This document shows, one piece after another, positions 1 to 9,307 of a stretch of DNA of 64,000 bases. The DNA is from Planctomycetota bacterium (GTDB taxonomy: Bacteria; Planctomycetota; GCA-002687715; CAIWVZ01), in NCBI GenBank assembly GCA_044222185.1, contig JBGANV010000001.1, positions 2,192,975 to 2,256,974 on the forward strand, read 5' to 3'. Made by a program: the position numbers and the translations under genes. The notes under the pieces are model-generated. The model was not told where the DNA came from. It saw only the letters and a program-made list of their open reading frames with translations, and did no database searches. Within the stretch, counting starts at the first letter, position 1, and each line of letters starts with the position of its first letter.

Positions 1-848
1 CGTTCTGCCTCTCGGAGAAGACTGCCGGATCCGACGCTGGCAGCCTGAAGGTACGGGCCGTGCCGCAGGGATCGAGCTGGCGCATCCACGGCGAGAAGAA
101 GTGGACGACGAACGGCGGTGCCGCGAACCTCTACAGCGTGTTCGCCGTGACGGAGAAGGACCGCGGCTCGCGCGGCATGTCGGCGTTCCTCGTGGAGAAG
201 GGCGATCCCGGGTTCACCATCGGGAAGGTCGAGGACAAGATGGGCATCCGCTGCGTGCCCGTCGTCGAGACCGTGTTCGATGGCGTCGAGGTCGGACCTG
301 AGCGGCTCCTCGGCGGGAAGCCCGGGTTGGGGTTCAAGCACGCCATGCAGACGCTCGACCGCGCTCGCCCGGGCGTGGCGGCACAAGGCGTCGGATGTGC
401 CCAGGGCGCGCTCGAACTCGCGACGCGATACACCATGCGCCGTCACCAGTTCGGCCAGTCGGTCTCCTCGTTCCAGATGGTCCAGCAGATGCTCGCCGAC
501 ATGGCGATGCAGACCGAAGCCGCCCGCCAGCTCGTCTACGCCTCCGCACGCGTGATCGACGCCGGCGACGGCAATGGCACGAAGATCGCCGCCATGGCCA
601 AGTGCTTCGCGACCGACGTCGCCATGAAGGTCACGACGGATGCCGTCCAGCTCTTCGGTGGCTACGGCTTCATGCGCGACTACCCCATCGAGAAGTACAT
701 GCGTGACGCCAAGATCACGCAGATCTACGAAGGCACGAACCAGGTTCAGCGCCTCGTCGTCGCGCGCAACGTGCTGAACGAGGCGAACGAGCTGTCGTTC
801 CTCGACACGTACATCCCGACCGAGGCACAGAACATCTTCGACGGCTGA
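1..848 (+). CDS. Acyl-CoA dehydrogenase (5' truncated by the window edge)
   Basis: Frame is open from base 3 (FCLSEKTAGSDAGSL). Motifs GEKKWTTNG, KMGIR, QLFGGYGFMRDYPIEKYMRDAKITQIYEGTNQVQR are typical of ACAD. Confidence 0.95.
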   Translation, partial: FCLSEKTAGSDAGSLKVRAVPQGSSWRIHGEKKWTTNGGAANLYSVFAVTEKDRGSRGMSAFLVEKGDPGFTIGKVEDKMGIRCVPVVETVFDGVEVGPERLLGGKPGLGFKHAMQTLDRARPGVAAQGVGCAQGALELATRYTMRRHQFGQSVSSFQMVQQMLADMAMQTEAARQLVYASARVIDAGDGNGTKIAAMAKCFATDVAMKVTTDAVQLFGGYGFMRDYPIEKYMRDAKITQIYEGTNQVQRLVVARNVLNEANELSFLDTYIPTEAQNIFDG

Positions 849-1131
849 GCGGGTCGTCCTTGCGCGGGCCGTCGCCCGCGCCGACGCGCCGCACCACCGA
901 CCGAGGCACACGGCGCGATGGGCCTGCGGCGTCAGGCGACGCTGGCCCGGTATCCGCACCGACAGGCCGCTCCCGAAGCGCGGCGACGACGCCCGCGTCG
1001 CGCCACGCACCGGATCGATCCGATCGAGCCCGGTGCGAGCGTCGAGTTTCCGCGGCCTCGCGCTGAGGTGACGTCGGTCGGAGCGCCTCGCAGACTGGTG
1101 CCGGAGGTGGTGCCGAAGGCCAGTGCCGCCC

Positions 1132-2544
1132 TCAGAACTGGAAATACAGGAACGGGCTGTATTCCTGGAAGAGCATGTGCGCGACCGCCGCCATGAACGA
1201 GAGACTCAATGCGAACGCGATGATCGGCTCGCGGATGGTGCCGCGGATCTCGACCAACTTGTCCGATTGAATGCCGACGTAGACGAGCACGAGCGCGATC
1301 GTCGAGAGTCCGAGGTACAGCGGGTTGATGAGCATCACCTGGGAGAGGCCCGCATCCCAGCCCGACAAGCCGGCCATTCCCTTCAGCATGACGCCAGCCT
1401 TCCCGAACGTCTCGGCACGGAAAAAGACCCAGCCGATCATCACGAGCACGAGGGTGAACGCCGTCTGCAGCGGGCCAGGCAGGAACGACCACGGCGCCTT
1501 CTTGCCGATGGCGCGCTCGATCGCAAGCCACAGCCCGTGGAATGCACCCCACGCGAGGAACGTCCATTGGGCCCCGTGCCACAGGCCGCCGAGGAGCATC
1601 GTGAGCGCCAGGTTCACGTAGGTGCGGACCGGCCCCTTCCGGTTGCCGCCGAGCGGCACGTAGAGGTAGTCACGAAGCCAGTTGCTCAACGAGATGTGCC
1701 AGCGGCGCCAGAACTCCGTGATGGACTTGGACCGATAGGGCGACGCGAAATTGATGATGAACTCGAACCCGAACATCTTGCCGAGGCCGATGGCGATGTC
1801 GGAGTACCCGCTGAAGTCGAAGTAGATCTGGAGCGTGTAGCCGATAATGCCGAGCCACGCGGCCGCAGCGCCTGGAGCGGCCTGCCCGAAGACTTCGTCG
1901 GCGAGGCGCGCGGCCGAATCGGCGAGGAGGATCTTCTTCGAGAAGCCACACATGACGAGAAGCACGCCGCGACCGAACTTCTCGATCGTGTGCGTTCTTT
2001 CGTCCAACTGCTTCGCGATGTCGTGGTAGCGGACGATCGGGCCAGCCACGAGGCGTGGGAAGAACGCGACGAAGCCACTCATCTCCAGGAGACTCTTCGC
2101 CGGCGTGGCCTCCCGACGGTAGATGTCGATGGAGTAACTCATCGTCTCGAACGTGTAGAACGAGATGCCGGCGGGCAGCGCGACACGCGCGAACTCGATG
2201 GCATGGCCGCCGAACACCCCGATGAGCGAGTTCGTCGTGTCCATCGCCAGGTTGAAGTACTTGAAGTACAGCAACAGGCCCATGTTCACGCAGATGGAGA
2301 TGGCGAGCGCCACCTTGCGCTTTGAGCCTTCGCGAGTCGAGATGAACTTCCCGCACCAGTAGTCCATGATCGTGCTGATCACGAGGAGCGCCGCGAAGTC
2401 GACGCGCGCCCAGCCGTAAAAGACGAGCGTCATCCCCGTGAGCCACACCGTGCGGGCGGTGCGGCTGACGGAGTTCAGCACGTAATAGACCGCGAGCACG
2501 ACGGGCAAGAACAGGAACAGGAAGTGGTAGGTCGTGAAAACCAT
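1132..2544 (-). CDS. MBOAT family O-acyltransferase (AlgI/PatA/DltB-like)
   Basis: LPAGISFYTFETMSYSIDIYR, FFPRLVAGPIVR, QIYFDFSGYSDIAIG, FWRRWHISLSNWLRDYLY, GLWHGA and C-terminal PFLYFQF. Start taken at ATG 2544 (MVFTT). Confidence 0.93.
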   Translation of the reverse strand: MVFTTYHFLFLFLPVVLAVYYVLNSVSRTARTVWLTGMTLVFYGWARVDFAALLVISTIMDYWCGKFISTREGSKRKVALAISICVNMGLLLYFKYFNLAMDTTNSLIGVFGGHAIEFARVALPAGISFYTFETMSYSIDIYRREATPAKSLLEMSGFVAFFPRLVAGPIVRYHDIAKQLDERTHTIEKFGRGVLLVMCGFSKKILLADSAARLADEVFGQAAPGAAAAWLGIIGYTLQIYFDFSGYSDIAIGLGKMFGFEFIINFASPYRSKSITEFWRRWHISLSNWLRDYLYVPLGGNRKGPVRTYVNLALTMLLGGLWHGAQWTFLAWGAFHGLWLAIERAIGKKAPWSFLPGPLQTAFTLVLVMIGWVFFRAETFGKAGVMLKGMAGLSGWDAGLSQVMLINPLYLGLSTIALVLVYVGIQSDKLVEIRGTIREPIIAFALSLSFMAAVAHMLFQEYSPFLYFQF

Positions 2545-2764
2545 GCGGCGTGCCGGACGTTCCCGTGGCGAACCCACGCGTGCACGGGCGCTGCGAGCGC
2601 TGGCCCCGGGAATGAGCCGGGATCCTACTGACGACCGTGCCGGCTTGACAGGCCGAGGCGACGGCCGCGCCGGCCCGGGCGAACGGACCGCGCGTCCCCG
2701 GATCCCTCCGGGGCATTATCGGCCGGGAGGAAGCTCGAACCGCAGCGTCGCGCGATCCCCCGCG

Positions 2765-3778
2765 TCACGGCCCGGTGAACCAGGGCGGCCACTCGTCGTA
2801 GTGGGGCCGATTGAGGTCGAACCAAGCCACGAGGGCGCGCCAGCGGCCCCAGCGCGCGTAGTAACGCTGGAGGCCCTTCATCGTCGCGGCCCGTCCCGGA
2901 ACGCGATTCGTCCGAGCCTGGGCGATGGCCCAGGAGTCGATCACCGGGTCGGCCTCCCGTGCCATGACGTGAAGCATGGACCGCACGGCGTAAGGCCCGA
3001 AACCGTACCAGCCGCGAATCGCATCGCGCAGCACGGCCGTCTCCGTCGCGTCGATGTCCCGCAGCTCCCCGGCGATGGCCCGCTCCGCCAGTTCGATCGC
3101 GCCTCGGGCCCGATAGCCGACGCGGATGTCGTCCACGAGGACGCGAATCCCCGCGTCGCGCACGGCCTCCGGCGTCGGAAATGCGCGCTCGCCCGTGACG
3201 CGCTCCACCTCGCCCAACGTCTCGACGAGACGTCCGACCATGCCGATGGTCTGCGTCCAGGTGCAATTCGTCGTGAGGAGCGTCTTCAGCGCGTCTTCGA
3301 AGAAAGTCGGTGCGCGAAGGACGCGCCCGAGACGGCGATCGGCGATCCAGGTGAGCTCCGGCGCCTCTCGGCAAAGCGCGTGGAACGGCGCGATCTCGAC
3401 GTCGAGTGCGAGCATCCGGCGGACACGTGCCTCGATGCATGCGCGCGCAGCGCGTGACAACCGGCGCGATGGACGACAGAGCAGATGGCCCCGCTCGGCC
3501 TCCCGAATCGTGACCGCAACCGGAGAGGCGTCGTCGTCAGGGACGACGCAACCGAGAGCGCGGTGCGCGTCGTCGTAGCGGAACGGCGGAAGCTGGTACC
3601 AGCCGTGAGAGGCCACCACCGCGAGGAGGGAGAAGTCCTCCGGTACATCAACGAAAAACGCCGCGGGGGCGCCGCGGCGTGTTCCGGATCGGACCTTCCG
3701 GAGATCAGAAGTCGTCGTCGGATTCGAAGAGATCTTGCGCGTCGTCCTCGGGGACCTCGGCTTCCGCTTCGTCATCAT
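2765..3778 (-). CDS. HhH-GPD DNA glycosylase (AlkA/OGG1-like)
   Basis: SHGWYQLPPF N-terminal motif, GRVLRAPTFFEDALKTLLTTNCTW, AFPTPE, VGYRA, HhH motif GWYGFGPYA, PVIDSW. Start is uncertain: the in-frame ATGs (3778, 3775) overlap the upstream gene, and family-like sequence begins near 3650. Confidence 0.8.
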   Translation of the reverse strand: MMTKRKPRSPRTTRKISSNPTTTSDLRKVRSGTRRGAPAAFFVDVPEDFSLLAVVASHGWYQLPPFRYDDAHRALGCVVPDDDASPVAVTIREAERGHLLCRPSRRLSRAARACIEARVRRMLALDVEIAPFHALCREAPELTWIADRRLGRVLRAPTFFEDALKTLLTTNCTWTQTIGMVGRLVETLGEVERVTGERAFPTPEAVRDAGIRVLVDDIRVGYRARGAIELAERAIAGELRDIDATETAVLRDAIRGWYGFGPYAVRSMLHVMAREADPVIDSWAIAQARTNRVPGRAATMKGLQRYYARWGRWRALVAWFDLNRPHYDEWPPWFTGP

Positions 3779-4424
3779 CGTCCTCGTCGGCGCGGGCCGG
3801 CTCTTCGTGCGGTGCGGTGAACGCGTTGTCTTCCTCGAAGTCAGCGCCGCCGCCGATGCGATCCTCTTCCTCTTCGACGACCATGGGCTTGGGCTTGCGC
3901 GGTGCCGGCGAGGTCGTCGCGCCCGCAGCTGCCGCCTTCTTCCGCCCCTTCTTCGGCTCGCTACTGGCAGACTCCGACCCGGCGGCTTCTGCAGCGGCCG
4001 CGACGGCGACGAGCGGTGCCGCGGCTGGCGCCGCAGCGGGCGCTGCGGCCGGCGCGGCCTTGACGGCGACCTGCTTGGCGGGAGCAGGCTTGGCGGGAGC
4101 AGGCTTCACCGCTGCGGGTTTGGCGGGTGCGGCCTTCACCGGTGCAGGCTTCGCAGCCATGGGCTTCGCGGGCATCGGCTTCACCGCAGCGGGCTTGGCG
4201 GCCTTCATGGCCTTGGCAGGTGCGGCCTTCTTCGGGGCGGCCTTCATCGCCGGCTTGGCTGCGGGCTTGGCCTTCTTCGCAGGCGCGGCCTTCGCGACCT
4301 TCTTGGCCTTGGCCGGAGCGGCCATCTTCTTCTTCGCAGACTTGGGCGCTGACTTCGCCGCCTTGACCTTTGCCGCGGGTTTGGCTTTGGCCTTCGCCTT
4401 GCCCGCCTTCTTTGCGCTCGCCAT
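3705..4424 (-). CDS. Histone H1-like Lys/Ala/Pro-rich protein with acidic C-terminal tail
   Basis: About 180 aa of K/A/P repeats (AKPAA, KPAPA) followed by a D/E-rich tail (EEEED, DEDDDDE, ESDDDF). RBS-like GAGGAG lies upstream of ATG 4424. Confidence 0.75.
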   Translation of the reverse strand: MASAKKAGKAKAKAKPAAKVKAAKSAPKSAKKKMAAPAKAKKVAKAAPAKKAKPAAKPAMKAAPKKAAPAKAMKAAKPAAVKPMPAKPMAAKPAPVKAAPAKPAAVKPAPAKPAPAKQVAVKAAPAAAPAAAPAAAPLVAVAAAAEAAGSESASSEPKKGRKKAAAAGATTSPAPRKPKPMVVEEEEDRIGGGADFEEDNAFTAPHEEPARADEDDDDEAEAEVPEDDAQDLFESDDDF

Positions 4425-4463
4425 GGATGCTCTCCTCTTGGGTCCGATGCGTTGACGGCGCAG

Positions 4464-4491
4464 AGCGTACGACGTTTCGCAAGGTCGTCAA
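4464..4491 (-). promoter_or_regulatory. Candidate sigma70 promoter of the H1-like gene
   Basis: Minus strand TTGACG-16 nt-TACGCT, about 40 nt upstream of the ATG. Confidence 0.55.
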
Positions 4492-4534
4492 CGAACTTTC
4501 ACCGGCTGAAAAGCCGGGTTTTCCGCGCGTTGCG

Positions 4535-4960
4535 TCACAGCTCCAGAAAGTCGGAGAACGCGTCGCGCAGGTCCCTCGGGATCGGCAACTTCGTGAACCG
4601 ATCCATGTCGACGCACACGACCGTCGTCCGGGCCTCGGCACGGGGCTCATCCTCCCCGACTGCGCGGACCTGGTAGCGAAGCGACAGACTCGTCGTCCCG
4701 ACCGCCCGCACGCTGAGGCCGATCGAAAGTCGAAGGCCGTAGGGCATCGGATCGTGGTAGTCGGCCTCGGTGTGGACGGTCGGGAAGCCGAGTTTCCTTT
4801 CGCTCAGCACCTTGGCGTAGGGCATCCCGACGACCGAGTCGAAGAACCCCTCCATCACCACGTGGCAGTAATGGAACAGCCTCGGGTAGTAGAGGATGCG
4901 CGCGTAGTCGACGTCGCCGAAGGAAACCTGGATCTCATGGACGTAGATGCGGCCGGGCAT
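4535..4960 (-). CDS. Acyl-CoA thioesterase (4HBT/YbgC hot-dog family)
   Basis: VSFGDVDYARILYYPRLFHY motif, VGTTSL, terminal PIPRDLR, 141 aa. Confidence 0.88.
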   Translation of the reverse strand: MPGRIYVHEIQVSFGDVDYARILYYPRLFHYCHVVMEGFFDSVVGMPYAKVLSERKLGFPTVHTEADYHDPMPYGLRLSIGLSVRAVGTTSLSLRYQVRAVGEDEPRAEARTTVVCVDMDRFTKLPIPRDLRDAFSDFLEL

Positions 4961-5046
4961 GTGGGCACCCTACTGGCGCAAGCGAGCCCTGGGAAGCCAG
5001 CCGTGCGCGACGCTCAATTCCTCGTGGACCGCCCGCACCCCGGGAC

Positions 5047-5607
5047 CTACTTGAGCAGCCCCTGGACCTGCCGGAAGGCGTCCGACCCCGCGGCCTCGAG
5101 CCACTCGAACAGCACGGATTCAGCGCAGGTCACCTGAACTCCGGCCCGTGCGAGCCTGGCGAGCGCCGCCGCCCGGTTCATGGGGCTGCGCGAGGACACC
5201 GCGTCGGCCACCACGTGGACGCTGAACCCGCGGGCCTGGAAGTCGAGCGCCGTCTGGAGGACGCAGATGTGGGCCTCGATCCCTGCGATCACCAACGTGT
5301 CGCGGTCGAAGCGGCGAACGGCCTCGACGATGGCGGGATCGCCGCCGCAGGAGAACGCCGTCTTTTCGAGCACCGTCGCGCTCCTCGCAGCATCGCGAAT
5401 CGGCGCGATCGTCATCCCAAGTCCTTTGGGGTACTGCTCCGAGACGAGGACCGGCACGTCGAGGATCCGCGCACCTCCCAGGAGTCGGAGGACGTTCGCC
5501 TGCACGGCCTCCCGTTCGTGGATCACGGGAAAGAGTCGCTCCTGCATGTCGATCACGACGAGTAAGCTCTGCGCGCGCCGCGCCAGCGCCGGATGTCTCG
5601 AGTCCAT
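5047..5607 (-). CDS. Isochorismatase/YcaC family hydrolase
   Basis: LLVVIDMQERL, SEQYPKGLG, EKTAFSC, AGIEAHICVLQTALD, ADAVSSR. Start at 5607 or 5616. Confidence 0.92.
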   Translation of the reverse strand: MDSRHPALARRAQSLLVVIDMQERLFPVIHEREAVQANVLRLLGGARILDVPVLVSEQYPKGLGMTIAPIRDAARSATVLEKTAFSCGGDPAIVEAVRRFDRDTLVIAGIEAHICVLQTALDFQARGFSVHVVADAVSSRSPMNRAAALARLARAGVQVTCAESVLFEWLEAAGSDAFRQVQGLLK

Positions 5608-5636
5608 GGCGTGCATCCTACGAGCCCAAACGACCC

Positions 5637-6590
5637 ATGGCGATCCTCAAGAACGAGCTCTCGTGGTCACGCACGCGCGCGACCACGTTCAACGAATGTC
5701 GTCGGCGCTACTTCTTCCAGTACTACCTCAAGTGGAACGGCTGGGACTCGGACGCTCCTGCGGAACGACGCATCGCGTATCGCCTCTCCCAGATGACCTG
5801 CCTGCCCCTGCTGGCCGGGCTCGCAGCTCACGAGGCGATCCGGCTGCTCCTGGAAACGGTCCGCGGCCGCGCGACCCTGGAGGGGCCGCCCGAAGAGTAC
5901 GCCGCGAACTACATGCGCAGGGTCTGGACGGACGCGCGAGCCCAGCGCTGGCTCACCCGGCCCAAGCAGTACCCGCCCGTCTTCGAGCTCTACTACCAGG
6001 ATGGCGTCGCCCGGGAGGAACTGGTGCGGTTCGGCGAGATTTCGCGCCGCGCCGTCCGCAACTTCGCCGCCTCGCCGCTCTTTGCCGAGTTGCGCGAGAG
6101 CGACACGAAGGCCTGGCTCGCGGTCGACGACCCCATCGACTTCAACTCGCCGGACGTGTTCACGATCGACGGCTGCCGCGTCTGGGCGAGGCCGGATTTC
6201 GCGCGCCAGGCCGGGGACCGCTGCGTGATCTTCGACTGGAAGACCGGCTCGCAGAAACCGGAAGACCGTACCCAGATCCTCTCCTACGCGCTCCACGCCC
6301 GTGATCGCTGGAAGTTCCCTGCCGACCGGATCGACGCGGTCGCGGTCTACCTGGGCGACGGCGTCGAGCAGGTGCGCTTCGACGTCGACGACGAAGCTCT
6401 CGCCGAGGTCACGGACCTCATCCGATCCGATCTCGGGCACCTCAAGACACTCGAGGCCCGAAGCAACGATGAGACGGCGTTCCCCACGGTCGACGATCCC
6501 CGGGCCTGCGCGCAGTGCTTCTTCCAGGAGATCTGCCCGGCCGTCAAGGCTGTGCCCATGCACCTCCGAGGGTCGACGACATCCTCATAG
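5637..6590 (+). CDS. PD-(D/E)XK nuclease, RecB/AddB/Cas4-like, with Fe-S staple cysteines
   Basis: SWSR...FNECRRRYF, GLAAHEAI, RPDFAR...IFDWKTG, QILSYA, C-terminal CAQCFFQEIC. Confidence 0.85.
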   Translation: MAILKNELSWSRTRATTFNECRRRYFFQYYLKWNGWDSDAPAERRIAYRLSQMTCLPLLAGLAAHEAIRLLLETVRGRATLEGPPEEYAANYMRRVWTDARAQRWLTRPKQYPPVFELYYQDGVAREELVRFGEISRRAVRNFAASPLFAELRESDTKAWLAVDDPIDFNSPDVFTIDGCRVWARPDFARQAGDRCVIFDWKTGSQKPEDRTQILSYALHARDRWKFPADRIDAVAVYLGDGVEQVRFDVDDEALAEVTDLIRSDLGHLKTLEARSNDETAFPTVDDPRACAQCFFQEICPAVKAVPMHLRGSTTSS

Positions 6591-6643
6591 ACGTTGGCTC
6601 GCCCTACGGCCGACGTCACAATCGCCCGCCGAGGATTCATGCC

Positions 6644-6940
6644 GTGAAACTGAAGGACTTCGTCACACCTGAGAACATCACCCTGAACGTGAAGGGCCGC
6701 GAGCACCTCGCGGTCTGGGAGTCGGAACTCTCCGAGGACGACCTGGCGAAGCTTCGCGACCCGGCCTACATCGCGAAGATCCAGCACGAGCACAAGGAGA
6801 TCCAGGCCTATCACCTGGCCCGGTACGCCAACGCGAAGTACGAACCGGCAGCGCTGGCGAAGCGGATGAAGGTCCCCGAGTCGCACATCTGGGCGTTCTG
6901 GGCCCTCCATGGCTCCCGGGGCACCGGGCTCTATTCCTGA
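6644..6940 (+). CDS. Hypothetical protein (98 aa)
   Basis: GTG start with GAGGA RBS at 6631-6635. Protein-like composition and host-like codon usage. No family recognised. Confidence 0.6.
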   Translation: MKLKDFVTPENITLNVKGREHLAVWESELSEDDLAKLRDPAYIAKIQHEHKEIQAYHLARYANAKYEPAALAKRMKVPESHIWAFWALHGSRGTGLYS

Positions 6941-6968
6941 ATCGGCGCCGCGTCGACCGCGCGCGGCT

Positions 6969-7655
6969 TCAGGGTTTTTGTTGCGGCTGCGAACGGCGCG
7001 CCAGTGACGGGTGCCGGATGATCTGGCCATCGACGGTGTAGACCACGTCCTCGGCGATGTTCGTGGCCAGGTCGGCGCAGCGCTCGAGGTTCTTCAAGAC
7101 GGCGACCATGTCCAGTCCGGCGGACACGTCCTGCGGGCTCGCCTGGATGTGCTTCTCGATCCGCTCGCACGCGCTCCGATAGAGCGCATCGACCTCGGCA
7201 TCCGACCGACACACCTCCAACGCCCGCTCCTTGTCCATGGCGATGAGGGCGTCGAGGGACTTCTGCACCATGGCGACCGCGCGCTCACCGACCTCGTGGA
7301 GTCCTACGCGAATCCCCGGGCTCGACCGGTTCAGGAGGCGCACGGCACGCTCGGCGATGTTCACCGCCTGATCGGCGATGCGCTCCAGATCGTTGTTGAT
7401 CTTGAGCACGGCGGTCACGAAGCGGAGATCGAGCGCCACGGGCTGATGAAGAGCGAGTGCCTTCAGGCACTCCTCCTCGGTTTCGACCTCGTAGGCGTCG
7501 ATCGTGGCGTCGCGCGCGATGACCCACTTCGCCGCGTCACCATCTCCGTTTTCGACGGATCGGACGGCTTCCCGAAGCATCTCCTCCACCATGTCTCCGG
7601 TGGCGAGGATCCGCTGCTTCAACGCCGCCATCTCACGCTCGAAGTGTCGACTCAT
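6969..7655 (-). CDS. phoU: Phosphate signalling complex protein PhoU
   Basis: LALHQPVALDLR, DLERIADQAVNIAE, LERCADLATNIAEDVVY, in pho context. Confidence 0.96.
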   Translation of the reverse strand: MSRHFEREMAALKQRILATGDMVEEMLREAVRSVENGDGDAAKWVIARDATIDAYEVETEEECLKALALHQPVALDLRFVTAVLKINNDLERIADQAVNIAERAVRLLNRSSPGIRVGLHEVGERAVAMVQKSLDALIAMDKERALEVCRSDAEVDALYRSACERIEKHIQASPQDVSAGLDMVAVLKNLERCADLATNIAEDVVYTVDGQIIRHPSLARRSQPQQKP

Positions 7656-7742
7656 CGGGCCCTCGGTCTGGTCGAATCGGGAAGAGCCATGCCGCTCGCG
7701 ACGTACGGCCTGTCGCTCCTCGATCCCGTCGATGGGATCGGA

Positions 7743-9158
7743 TCAGAATATCAGCTGAAGTTGCAGACGCAGGCGCCACTCGTCGAAGTCGGACGACGAC
7801 GTCGCTCGGTCGAAGCGGTGATCCTCGACGCGGCCGAAGTCGAGTTGGAGCTTGTCGGCGTGTCCGTGCCAGTAGTAGCCGACGACGAGGAGGTACTCGC
7901 GGAGAGCCGTCGGGAGATTGGACGTGTTGCTGCCCGCGGCCGAAAGCGCCGCCAGTCCCGCCGTCTCGTAGTCCCAGTCGGCGACGCTGTAGCGAATGCC
8001 GACGTCGAGTTTCTCGGGGATCACGCAGTAGCCGAGCTGCGAGAACCAACCCGTCGTCTCGCGCTCCGTGACGTCGTGGTCGCGGCGATAGTGGAATTCG
8101 GTCTGTGAGTAGAAGCCCTCCCAGATCATCGTGAGGTCGAGTCCCAGGCGATAGTTGTCCTCGTAGGTCGACAGGCCAGCGTCGGGCGCCGGGAACGACG
8201 TGTTGTTCTCCTGGTCGTAGAGCGCATTCAGGGCGAACGTCGCCTTGAAGTCGTGGCGCTCCTCTGCCGGACGGAGATCAGCCTCCGAGTACGGGACCAT
8301 GCCCCACGGGCTGATGGCGACGCGTCCCATGTACTCCAGACCGTCGTCGTTGTTGAAGGTGTTCTGCGGCTCGCCGTCGTAGACGCCGAGGCCGTACTCG
8401 ATGAAGTCCGACTTCTCGCCGCCAAACTTGCCGAAGATGTACAGCCCCGTCTCGTAGGCCGGCTCGAACACCCCGGCGATGATCGAGCGATCGACGAATT
8501 CGAGGACGCCCGACCCGGTCATCTCCGATGAACGACCGTACGGCGCCTTGAGCTGACCGGCGCCGACGTTGAAGGCGGGATCGAAGTCGTACTCGATGAA
8601 CGCCGTCCGCAGGTTCGTGAAGCGGTTCGACGAGGTCGAGCTCCCGGCCGTCACGGGGTCGCCGGCGGCGTCGATTTGAAGCTCGTACTTCAGCTTCGGG
8701 TCGAATGCGAACCCGCGGAGCATGAAGCGGGCCCGCTGGACGGCGAAGTTCTGGAGATCCTGCCCCTGCGGATTGTTGGGCGTCTCCCGCTCGCGGAACT
8801 CGTACGTGAAGCGCGTCTGGATTCGTCCCGTGACGTTGAGGGAGAAGTTCCCGTCTGCCGTCGCGAACGTGAACCCGTTGCCCGGCTTGTACGACGTCTT
8901 GGGCGCGTCCTGCACGAGCCGCGACACCATGGAGTCGACCTGTCCCTCCACACGCGTCTCGAGGTCGGACTGGGCGCGGATCTCGGCGAAGTCCTTCTTC
9001 AGATCCGCGTACTCGGCGTCGGTGATGATCCCGCGCCGCTTGAGTATGTCGAGCAGTTTGCCGTCCGCGTCCGCGGGCTCGCCCTGGGCGACGGCCCAGG
9101 ACGTCACTCCCACGAACGATGCCACCAAGGCCAGGACGGCGATCCGAGTCTTGAACAT
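7743..9158 (-). CDS. Phosphate-selective outer-membrane porin (OprO/OprP-like)
   Basis: Signal peptide, N-terminal LLDILKRRGIITDAEY helical segment, GRIQTRF, RARFMLRG, GQLKAPYG, EFVDRS, and C-terminal beta-signal RLQLQLIF. AGGAG RBS before ATG 9158. Lies between phoR and phoU. Confidence 0.85.
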   Translation of the reverse strand: MFKTRIAVLALVASFVGVTSWAVAQGEPADADGKLLDILKRRGIITDAEYADLKKDFAEIRAQSDLETRVEGQVDSMVSRLVQDAPKTSYKPGNGFTFATADGNFSLNVTGRIQTRFTYEFRERETPNNPQGQDLQNFAVQRARFMLRGFAFDPKLKYELQIDAAGDPVTAGSSTSSNRFTNLRTAFIEYDFDPAFNVGAGQLKAPYGRSSEMTGSGVLEFVDRSIIAGVFEPAYETGLYIFGKFGGEKSDFIEYGLGVYDGEPQNTFNNDDGLEYMGRVAISPWGMVPYSEADLRPAEERHDFKATFALNALYDQENNTSFPAPDAGLSTYEDNYRLGLDLTMIWEGFYSQTEFHYRRDHDVTERETTGWFSQLGYCVIPEKLDVGIRYSVADWDYETAGLAALSAAGSNTSNLPTALREYLLVVGYYWHGHADKLQLDFGRVEDHRFDRATSSSDFDEWRLRLQLQLIF

Positions 9159-9229
9159 GAAGCGTCTCCTCGTGACCAACGACGACCGATTCTTCAGTCA
9201 CCCCCCACGGGCGCGAACCGGCGAGAAGC

Positions 9230-9295
9230 AGACTAGAGGGCGCCGATGAAGATCCGGTAAACGTCCCGTGAACCCGGCGGCAGTTCGCGCGTGAA
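9230..9295 (-). promoter_or_regulatory. Pho-box array plus -10 element upstream of the porin gene
   Basis: Minus-strand TTCAC/TTTAC/TTCAT at exact 11-bp spacing (9268-72, 9257-61, 9246-50), an extra TTCAC at 9291-95, and TAGTCT (9230-35) 10 nt downstream of the last unit. Confidence 0.75.
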
Positions 9296-9307
9296 GATCC
9301 GGGGTGG

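Noticed and set aside
849-1131. Possible RNA gene in the gap between the convergent ACAD and MBOAT genes
   Set aside because: It contains only short GC stems, with no tRNA or known ncRNA signature that I can recognise.
3679-4455. Plus-strand 258-aa Ala/Gly/Phe-rich 'membrane protein'
   Set aside because: It is the antisense image of the Lys/Ala/Pro repeats. The promoter and RBS support the minus-strand gene.
5637-6590. Cas4 of a CRISPR-Cas system
   Set aside because: No cas1, cas2 or array is present in the window. The solo PD-(D/E)XK call is more conservative.
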